Below, piece after piece: positions 57,425-64,000 of a stretch of DNA of 64,000 nt. The notes under the pieces are model-generated. The model was not told where the DNA came from. It made no database searches and saw nothing but the letters and a program-made list of their open reading frames with translations. This DNA is from Oscillospiraceae bacterium. GTDB lineage: Bacteria > Bacillota > Clostridia > Oscillospirales > JAAYXM01. Each line of letters begins with the position of its first letter. Position 1 is the first letter of the stretch. The DNA is taken from NCBI GenBank assembly GCA_017409405.1, contig JAFQSU010000007.1, positions 20,767 through 84,766 of the forward strand, in the 5' to 3' direction. Both the position numbers and the translations under genes were made by a program.

Positions 57425-59416
57425 ATGAAAAGAACATTAAAAATCATGCTTGCAGTCGTTCTCTCGCTCGCAATGCTTATGAGCTTTGCCGCAGCAGCAG
57501 AAGACGTTGCAGCAACAGCAGAAGACACAATAGCAGCACATCACAAAGATCATGCTCTTGAGAGCTTTTCTGATGCTCCGGCAAAAGACAGCTGGAAGTA
57601 TCAGGGTCTCAACTGCGCTGTCAACAACGGCGTTATGACAGGTCATGAAAACAAAATCCGTCCCGATGACTCTCTCACACGCGCTGAGATGGTCACAATG
57701 ATGGTTCGCGTTCTCGGCGCTCATGCCAACAAGGCAGACATCGAGCATTACGTTGACGTTATCGCAGACCAGTGGTACTACGAGGCTATTCAGTCCGGTG
57801 TTGCCGCAAAAATCATCAACGGTACAGGCAACAAGATGATGCCGAATGACCCCATCACACGTGAGCAGACCTTTGCTATTCTTGCCCGTACATTCCTCTT
57901 TGCAAAGAAGCAGGCTGACTCTTCTGCAAGCTTTAAGGACGCAGCAGCGGTTTCTGCATGGGCTGCAGATGCAACAAACGCCCTTATTGATGCAGGCGTT
58001 GTAAAGGGTGACTCTACAAACACTCTCCGCCCGAAGTCAAACGTTTCCCGTGCAGAGTTTGCAACAATGCTCGACCGCATCGCTTGCCTCTTCACAAACC
58101 CGGGAGTTGGCGTTGCAGGTAAGACCGTTGAAGGAAGCCTCATCGTAAACGATGCAACAGTCGATCTTTCCGGCTCTGTTATCAAGGGCGACCTTATCAT
58201 CACCGATGCTGTCGGTACAGACGCTATTGACCTTTCAAACGTTACAGTTGAAGGCCGTATCGTCATCCGCGGCGGTGAGGTTACACTTAAAGAAGGCACA
58301 ACAGCGGCTGAAGTCACAGTCGGTAACCCGACAAACAACACAACCGTCAAGGCTGACGAGGGCGTAAAGGTTGACAAGGTCACCGTTGCAGAGAACAGTA
58401 ACGACGTTGAAATCGACGTTCCGGCAAAGGATGTTGTCATCAACTCCACAGAGTCCGAAGTTACAATCAAGCAGGACGCAGAAAACGTAACAGTCGGCGG
58501 TAGCGACAACACAGTTAAGGTTGAGAGCGGCGCTAAGGTTGAAAACGTTACAACCGGCGGTGACAACACAAAGGTTGAGGTTAACAAGGGCGCAAGCGTT
58601 GACAACGTAACAGTTAACGGTGCAGGCTCTGAGGTTTCCGGTAACGGTAACGTCGGAAATGCAACAATCAACGGCTCTGACTCCACAGTTTCCACACCGA
58701 ACACAAACGTTACAGATAACAGCCCGAGCACAGGCGACAAGCCGTCGGGTGACGATAAGCCGTCGGGCGACGATAATAAGCCCTCGGACGACAAGCCGAG
58801 CAACAAGCCCACAAGCGGAACACTTGCAGGCGGCGGCTCTTCCTCTGATGTAGATATTGATGAAACAGGCACATACATCACATACCGTTACCAGGGCGGC
58901 GAGCTTCGCAAGCTCGATGCAAAGGTTAACGCTTCGACAAAAACTGTTGAGTTCGACTTCACAGATGCATATGATTCTCTCTGGAACGAGCTTCAGGTAG
59001 ACATCATTCTTGATGACATCGTTTTTGAACAGCTCTTCGTACAGGCAGACTCCGTACTTGCTTGCACAGCAAACGGCTTCTCCGGCGTAAGCTTCAACAC
59101 TTACACAGAGACTCCGGCAGGTGTCGATCTTGCAGACATCCTTGCAGATATGGTAACTACAACAAATTATGAGCCGATTCAGATTACAGGCTCTGAAAGC
59201 TTTGACTTTGTTACACTCTTTGATCAGATGAACACGGCATGGATTCACTACGGTCAGTGGGCAGAAAGCCTCTACAACGGCCGCGGCATTACCATGAGCT
59301 ATGCAGCCAACGGTAACGACAAAGAGATTATAGCTAACTTTGCAGGTAAAATCGGAACAGAAGATTACACTGTAACAATGAAGATTTTCGATGTAAACGC
59401 AGCTATGCAGCCGTAA
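57425..59416 (+). CDS. S-layer-like surface protein: signal peptide, three N-terminal SLH domains, beta-helix-like repeats, PSGDDK linker, C-terminal domain
   Basis: 663 aa. SLH repeats (DSWKYQGLNCAV..., DQWYYEAIQSGV..., SAWAADATNALI...). Repetitive V-x-V/N-x-T segments. Linker KPSGDDKPSGDDNKPSDDKPSNKP. Confidence 0.85.
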   Translation: MKRTLKIMLAVVLSLAMLMSFAAAAEDVAATAEDTIAAHHKDHALESFSDAPAKDSWKYQGLNCAVNNGVMTGHENKIRPDDSLTRAEMVTMMVRVLGAHANKADIEHYVDVIADQWYYEAIQSGVAAKIINGTGNKMMPNDPITREQTFAILARTFLFAKKQADSSASFKDAAAVSAWAADATNALIDAGVVKGDSTNTLRPKSNVSRAEFATMLDRIACLFTNPGVGVAGKTVEGSLIVNDATVDLSGSVIKGDLIITDAVGTDAIDLSNVTVEGRIVIRGGEVTLKEGTTAAEVTVGNPTNNTTVKADEGVKVDKVTVAENSNDVEIDVPAKDVVINSTESEVTIKQDAENVTVGGSDNTVKVESGAKVENVTTGGDNTKVEVNKGASVDNVTVNGAGSEVSGNGNVGNATINGSDSTVSTPNTNVTDNSPSTGDKPSGDDKPSGDDNKPSDDKPSNKPTSGTLAGGGSSSDVDIDETGTYITYRYQGGELRKLDAKVNASTKTVEFDFTDAYDSLWNELQVDIILDDIVFEQLFVQADSVLACTANGFSGVSFNTYTETPAGVDLADILADMVTTTNYEPIQITGSESFDFVTLFDQMNTAWIHYGQWAESLYNGRGITMSYAANGNDKEIIANFAGKIGTEDYTVTMKIFDVNAAMQP

Positions 59417-59445
59417 ATAATTTAATCTTTCAGTGCTTATTCATA

Positions 59446-59473
59446 CAAGCGTCCGTCTTACGGCGGACGCTTG
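59446..59473 (+). terminator. hairpin after the S-layer-like gene (no U-tract)
   Basis: CAAGCGTCCG-tcttacgg-CGGACGCTTG. Confidence 0.4.
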
Positions 59474-59504
59474 CGTGGTATAAGGCAAAAAGGGAGAAGG
59501 CTTT

Positions 59505-60110
59505 ATGAAAAGTAAAACAAAAAAAAGGCTCATTATATGGGCAGTCGTAATTATTCTGCTTGCCGTTCTGGGCTTTTCCGCATATAAGTTCGCGTTGAGA
59601 TTTATCGGAAGAAAAGCGGTTGACGTTATTATCACAAATCAGATTAACTCCATGCTCGATTCGGGAGAGGTAACTCTTGAAGAGCTTGAAGAAATAATTA
59701 CTGAGGACGAAACGGAAGCGGTTCCCGTTTCCGATGAAACGGGTGAGAAGGAAAAAACGACTGATTCAACGGTAACCGCACCGCAAAAGACAGAGCAAAA
59801 AACGGGAAAAAAGACAGAAACGACGAAACCTGCCTCAACTCAGACGAGAAAAGATATAGTAGACCGCACCAAATTCAAGGTGACGAAGGATATTTCCGAT
59901 GAGGACACAGAGGCGGTGGCAAAGCTTATAGGCTCACGTCTTTCGGCATCTGATATAAAGTATCTTTCGGGGCTTCTTGCCGGTGGAGTTACAGGTGAAG
60001 AAATCTCTGCTGCGGCACGTCTTGCTTATTCGCGCTTTACCGCTGAGGAGATTACTCAGGTGAAAATGTACTGGCACAGATATAAAAATAAAATTAAACG
60101 CGCACCGTAA
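59505..60110 (+). CDS. hypothetical membrane-anchored protein
   Basis: 201 aa. N-terminal TM (LIIWAVVIILLAVLGF), an acidic/Thr-Lys-rich middle, GGGAGAAGG SD. Confidence 0.6.
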   Translation: MKSKTKKRLIIWAVVIILLAVLGFSAYKFALRFIGRKAVDVIITNQINSMLDSGEVTLEELEEIITEDETEAVPVSDETGEKEKTTDSTVTAPQKTEQKTGKKTETTKPASTQTRKDIVDRTKFKVTKDISDEDTEAVAKLIGSRLSASDIKYLSGLLAGGVTGEEISAAARLAYSRFTAEEITQVKMYWHRYKNKIKRAP

Positions 60111-60118
60111 AGCTCCAC

Positions 60119-60172
60119 TGTCCTCCTGAGCGAAGCGAAGCGGAATCGAAGGATCCCCTACGAGCGAGGGAT
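60119..60172 (+). repeat. family C half-copy
   Basis: CTGTCCTCCTGAGC...TCGAAGGATCCCCTACGAGCGAGG, compared with CTGTCACCCTGAGC...TCGAAGGGTCCCCTACGGGTGAGG at 48415. Confidence 0.7.
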
Positions 60173-60206
60173 AAAGTAAATTCACACCAATCCGGAGATG
60201 ATACAA

Positions 60207-61595
60207 ATGACTTATGATGTTGCAATAATCGGCGCAGGTCCGGCAGGAATATTCACTGCGCTTGAAATGGTCAGAAAAAACAGCAAAAAGAAAATAGTAA
60301 TCGTCGAAAAGGGTCGCTCCATCAAGGAACGCAAATGCCCGAAGACCGCAACACGGGGCTGTGTGAACTGCAAGCCGTACTGTAACATAACAACCGGCTT
60401 TTCGGGCGCAGGCGCATTTTCTGACGGAAAGCTGTCGCTCTCTCCCGATGTCGGCGGAATGCTCCCCGAGCTTATAGGCTACGAATATGCCGCCGAGATG
60501 ATAAACTACACAGATAAGATATATCTTGAGTTCGGCGCCGATGATAAGGTCGAGGGAATCGGAAACTCCGAAGAGGTAAAAAACATCCGACTGAAAGCCA
60601 TTCAGGCAGGACTTCGCCTTGTTGACTGCCCGATACGCCACCTCGGCACCGAAAAGGCACAGCAGCTTTATCTTGCAATTGAAGAATACCTTCAAAAAAA
60701 CGGCGTTGAGATAATGTTCGGCTGGCAGTGTACCGATATAATAATAGAGGGCAAGGCTTGCCGTGGCGCATATATCGAGAAAAACGGCGAAAACCGTGAA
60801 ATCCGCGCAGAGCATACCGTAGTCGCAACGGGCAGACGCGGTGCAAGCTGGCTTGAAAACGTGTGTACCGAGCACGACATAGCACATCAGCCGGGTACGG
60901 TTGACATCGGAGTGCGTGTTGAGGTACGCAACGAGGTTATGGAGCGTGTCAACGAGGTGCTGTATGAGTCCAAGCTCATCGGCTATCCCAAGCCTTTTAA
61001 AAACAAGGTACGCACCTTCTGCCAGAACCCCGGCGGCTTTGTCAGCCAGGAAAATTACGATAACGACCTCGCCGTTGTAAACGGTCATTCGTATAAAGAG
61101 CTCAAATCCGATAACACAAACCTTGCCATTCTTTGCTCACACAACTTCAACGAGCCGTTCAACCAGCCCATTCTGTATGCACAGAAGGTCGGTGAGCTTA
61201 CCAATATGCTCGGGGCAGGTCACATTCTTGTCCAGCGCTACGGCGACATTCTCGACGGCAAGAGAACATGGGCAAAAGAGCTTGCACAGTCAAATGTAAG
61301 ACCCACGCTTCCCGATGCCGTGGCAGGTGATATTACGGCGGCGATGCCGTACCGCGCAATGATAAGCATAATAAACTTCATCGCCGCAGTTGACCATGTT
61401 GTTCCGGGCTTTGCGTCGGATGAAACGCTTCTGTACTCACCGGAGCTCAAGTTCTATTCAAACCGTGTCAAAATGGACAGCGACCTCAACACAAGCATTG
61501 AAGGTCTTCACTGTCTCGGTGACTCGAGCGGATGGACACGCGGACTTATGATGGCATCAATTATGGGTGTTATCATGGGACAAAAGCTTCTGTAA
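60207..61595 (+). CDS. FAD-dependent oxidoreductase (COG2509-like)
   Basis: Trimmed to MTYDVAIIGAGPAGIFTALEM (GxGxxG). Confidence 0.85.
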   Translation: MTYDVAIIGAGPAGIFTALEMVRKNSKKKIVIVEKGRSIKERKCPKTATRGCVNCKPYCNITTGFSGAGAFSDGKLSLSPDVGGMLPELIGYEYAAEMINYTDKIYLEFGADDKVEGIGNSEEVKNIRLKAIQAGLRLVDCPIRHLGTEKAQQLYLAIEEYLQKNGVEIMFGWQCTDIIIEGKACRGAYIEKNGENREIRAEHTVVATGRRGASWLENVCTEHDIAHQPGTVDIGVRVEVRNEVMERVNEVLYESKLIGYPKPFKNKVRTFCQNPGGFVSQENYDNDLAVVNGHSYKELKSDNTNLAILCSHNFNEPFNQPILYAQKVGELTNMLGAGHILVQRYGDILDGKRTWAKELAQSNVRPTLPDAVAGDITAAMPYRAMISIINFIAAVDHVVPGFASDETLLYSPELKFYSNRVKMDSDLNTSIEGLHCLGDSSGWTRGLMMASIMGVIMGQKLL

Positions 61596-61599
61596 CCGA

Positions 61600-61642
61600 A
61601 TAAAAAATGGGATGTAAAAATGACTTTTTACATCCCATTTTC
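61600..61642. terminator. bidirectional terminator
   Basis: AAAAAATGGGATGTAAAAA-tgac-TTTTTACATCCCATTTT. Confidence 0.9.
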
Positions 61643-61651
61643 ATATATTTC

Positions 61652-62746
61652 CTATTTCAGTGCGAGACTGTTGTTCATAAGCGATGTGCTGTACAGAAAC
61701 AGAACATCATCTGCCCTGTCAAAGTCTACAAAGCTTTGAAGTATTGAGCTTTGAATATATCTTATATCCACAAGCGTTATTTTTGAATAGCCCTCGCACA
61801 GCAGAGGAACAAGAGAGCCTGCAAACGAATCGCGGAAAACAACAAGCTCACGCTCCTTTTCGGCATTCGGGTTTTCTATTGTAAGCAGTGAGCAGTTGCC
61901 CGAAAGGAACATCTCATACGGGTCACGCCCGTGCGCCTTGTCCATGTCATACATTGCCGCAGGCTTTGCGCTACCCGTATCATAGCTTGTAACAATACAG
62001 TCTGAGATAATGTCGTTTGTGAGATACTTTATCGTATCGGGTGCGACCCTCTTTGCCGCCTGACCTGCATACACACCGTAAAACGGAACATCGAGTATGT
62101 TTTCAGTATAGTTTTCAGATATCTCCGCCTGCATAGCATCTGCAATCGCCTTTGCGGTATCGCCGATACATTCCTGCCGCCAGTGCGAGTCGGTGGTATA
62201 ATAGTCATCTATTGTAAGTGTCGGAAAAACATCTATATATTCTGCATAGTGCATTTTGCCTTGCATATATGATGTGAGCTTGTCATAATCAAGCTTTAAG
62301 GTATCGAGAAAATAATTCTTGTCGGGGACAAGCGACAGATAAACGGATGCACCCGAGTCCTTGAGATAGCTTTCAAAAATGCTTGAAAATCGCTCTGCCG
62401 CATGGTCGAGCATCGGAAGGTTCAGCGGATATTCAAGCTTTGAAAGGTGTCCGTTCTGTGAAAAGAGCTTGTTGTTGTCGGAAAGCTTAAAGATAAATTC
62501 CGAGCTGTACGCCTTTATTCCACGGAAGATATCGCGGAAAGGAAAGGTATCAGTGGAATATTCTTCAAACTTCTCTGAAAAATCGCCCGAAAACACGCTT
62601 TCGGTGCTGATATCGGGAAACGCCGCAAGCACACGCCTTTCGCTTTCCGAAAAGTCACTTTTCGGAAGAAAGATACACAGCAGGGAAAACGTGAGAACCA
62701 GAGCGGCGAGAAGGGAACAGGTAATTTTGTTTTTCATCTGATGCAC
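61652..62746 (-). CDS. DHHW-family / AlgX-DltD-like protein, partner of the MBOAT acyltransferase
   Basis: 364 aa. N-terminal TM anchor, YYTTDSHW motif. Immediately downstream of the MBOAT gene. Confidence 0.8.
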   Translation of the reverse strand: MHQMKNKITCSLLAALVLTFSLLCIFLPKSDFSESERRVLAAFPDISTESVFSGDFSEKFEEYSTDTFPFRDIFRGIKAYSSEFIFKLSDNNKLFSQNGHLSKLEYPLNLPMLDHAAERFSSIFESYLKDSGASVYLSLVPDKNYFLDTLKLDYDKLTSYMQGKMHYAEYIDVFPTLTIDDYYTTDSHWRQECIGDTAKAIADAMQAEISENYTENILDVPFYGVYAGQAAKRVAPDTIKYLTNDIISDCIVTSYDTGSAKPAAMYDMDKAHGRDPYEMFLSGNCSLLTIENPNAEKERELVVFRDSFAGSLVPLLCEGYSKITLVDIRYIQSSILQSFVDFDRADDVLFLYSTSLMNNSLALK

Positions 62747-62825
62747 CTCCTAAGCCGAGGGGAGATGAACCCCTCAAGCCTTAAACTTGTTAAATTTTTA
62801 TTCTTTAAATTTGTCTTCCCTCGGC

Positions 62826-64000
62826 TTAAAACCTGAAATACAAAAACGGATTAAAAGAGCCGTCGGCAAGGTATGCCGTCATTATAACGAGCAAAACGGC
62901 AAGGAAGACCGGCTCGGCAAGCTGTACTGATTTGCCGAAACGTGTTTCCGTCATGAGCTTTTTCGGAAGCGGTGTAGCCCCGATAAGGCTTATAACAAGG
63001 AGCAAGGCATACGATTTTATATAGTAAACAAACTCTGCATTGATAAGCGGAGCATCGCCTGAACCGAACATTGCACCGATATATGAGACGGCCTCACTCA
63101 TATCGGTTGCATTGAAAATAACAAAGCTTATGAGGATGATAAATACCGTGTAGATTCGTGAAAGAACGGCAGAACGCTCGAGGTATTTTCCGTAAATAAG
63201 CTTTTCTGCAACGAGAAAGACTGCAAAATACAGACCCCACACAACAAACGTCCACGCCGCACCGTGCCAGAAGCCCGTAAGAAGCCATACGGTGAGAATG
63301 TTGACAAGCCACCGTGATATCTTCACGCGGTTTCCGCCCATGGGAATGTAAACGTAGTCACGAAACCACGAGCCGAGCGAGATGTGCCATCTGCGCCAGA
63401 ACTCCGAAGCGCTTTTTGAAATGAAGGGATAATTGAAGTTTTCCATAAAGTCAAAGCCCAAAAGCTTTCCGAGCCCTCGAGCCATGTCTGAGTAGCCCGA
63501 AAAATCGAAGTATACATGGAGTGCAAAGGCAATCGAATACAGCCAGAAAAAGGCAACTGACTTATCGCCTGAGGCACGGAAAATGTCACACAGCTCGCCG
63601 AGCTGATTTGCAAGAAGAATCTTCTTTGCAAGACCGAGCACGAAAAGCCTTACGCCGTGAGCCGCCTTCTCAAATGAATGGGTACGGCATGTAAGCTGAT
63701 GCTCAACATCGCTGTATCTGACAATCGGACCTGCAATGAGCTGTGGAAACATCGTGATGTAGGCGGCGAGGGTTATCGGGTTTCTCTGCGCCTTTACGTC
63801 ACCGCGGTATACGTCGATTGTGTAGCTTAGTATCTGAAAGGTATAAAAGCTTATGCCAATCGGAAGAGCGATGCCGAGAAGCGGAACCGAAAGCCCCGTT
63901 GCGGCATTGAAGTTTTCGATAAAAAAGTCGGCATATTTAAAGTAAGCAAGAGCAGAAAGGTCGATAATTACCGACAGAGCAAGAAACAACTTGGCTTTTC
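62826..64000 (-). CDS. MBOAT family O-acyltransferase (AlgI/DltB-like), N-terminus beyond the window
   Basis: Frame stays open to nt 64000. Multi-TM, with conserved WRRWHISL and FWHG motifs. Confidence 0.88.
   Translation of the reverse strand, partial: KAKLFLALSVIIDLSALAYFKYADFFIENFNAATGLSVPLLGIALPIGISFYTFQILSYTIDVYRGDVKAQRNPITLAAYITMFPQLIAGPIVRYSDVEHQLTCRTHSFEKAAHGVRLFVLGLAKKILLANQLGELCDIFRASGDKSVAFFWLYSIAFALHVYFDFSGYSDMARGLGKLLGFDFMENFNYPFISKSASEFWRRWHISLGSWFRDYVYIPMGGNRVKISRWLVNILTVWLLTGFWHGAAWTFVVWGLYFAVFLVAEKLIYGKYLERSAVLSRIYTVFIILISFVIFNATDMSEAVSYIGAMFGSGDAPLINAEFVYYIKSYALLLVISLIGATPLPKKLMTETRFGKSVQLAEPVFLAVLLVIMTAYLADGSFNPFLYFRF

Noticed and set aside
57790-59248. Two long minus-strand ORFs (363 and 337 aa) inside the S-layer-like gene
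   Set aside because: They are low-complexity antisense translations (Ser/Thr/Val/Pro or Cys/Val/Asn-rich) of a repetitive, compositionally biased gene. The plus-strand product has a signal peptide and SLH domains.
59934-61088. 384-aa minus-strand ORF
   Set aside because: It is antisense to the FAD-dependent oxidoreductase, which has a canonical GxGxxG N-terminus. The antisense product has no motifs or SD.

Overview
This window is the origin-proximal region of a Gram-positive anaerobe, apparently a Clostridia / Oscillospiraceae-like genome at roughly 50% GC; no species can be assigned. Supporting features are SLH surface proteins, HrcA/CIRCE, PyrK-type DHODH and NifS/NifU.

Gene orientation flips at about 4.6-4.8 kb. 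To the left, on the minus strand, are jag-yidC-yidD-rnpA-rpmH. To the right, on the plus strand, are dnaA-dnaN-recF-remB-gyrB-gyrA. A DnaA-box cluster, a trinucleotide-repeat run and an AT-rich unwinding region lie between dnaA and dnaN.

Downstream, in order:
- rnhA and nifS-nifU
- an AT-rich three-gene M-R-M restriction-modification island, the only clear defence or accessory block
- a membrane-anchored XRE regulator, degV, a HAD hydrolase, a LysM/G5/M23 peptidase, a MATE pump, a GNAT acetyltransferase and a small XRE regulator
- the hrcA-grpE-dnaK-dnaJ operon (minus strand) with a perfect CIRCE operator
- pdxK, an SLH protein and hisS-aspS
- a GldA/F/G-like ABC module plus a DUF4340 protein
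- a pyrimidine operon, pyrC-carB-pyrK-pyrD-pyrF-pyrE-pyrB, in which carA is absent and pyrB is fused to a PyrI zinc domain
- comM/yifB and a lipoprotein
- a capD-wzz-BY-kinase-PHP-phosphatase module, an S-layer-like SLH protein, a FAD oxidoreductase, and a DHHW/MBOAT acyltransferase pair truncated at the window end

No rRNA, tRNA, CRISPR array or transposase was seen.

The most unusual signal is non-coding. The window holds at least five families of structured palindromic intergenic repeats:
- a 224-bp MITE-like element in two copies
- two hairpin families whose 3' ends supply the Shine-Dalgarno site of unrelated downstream genes
- an array of seven GTGATAT/ATATCAC-anchored mini-hairpins

These repeats are concentrated in the intercistronic spacers of core operons (pyr, nifSU, dnaKJ). 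All family assignments are by eye from motifs; no database search was run.
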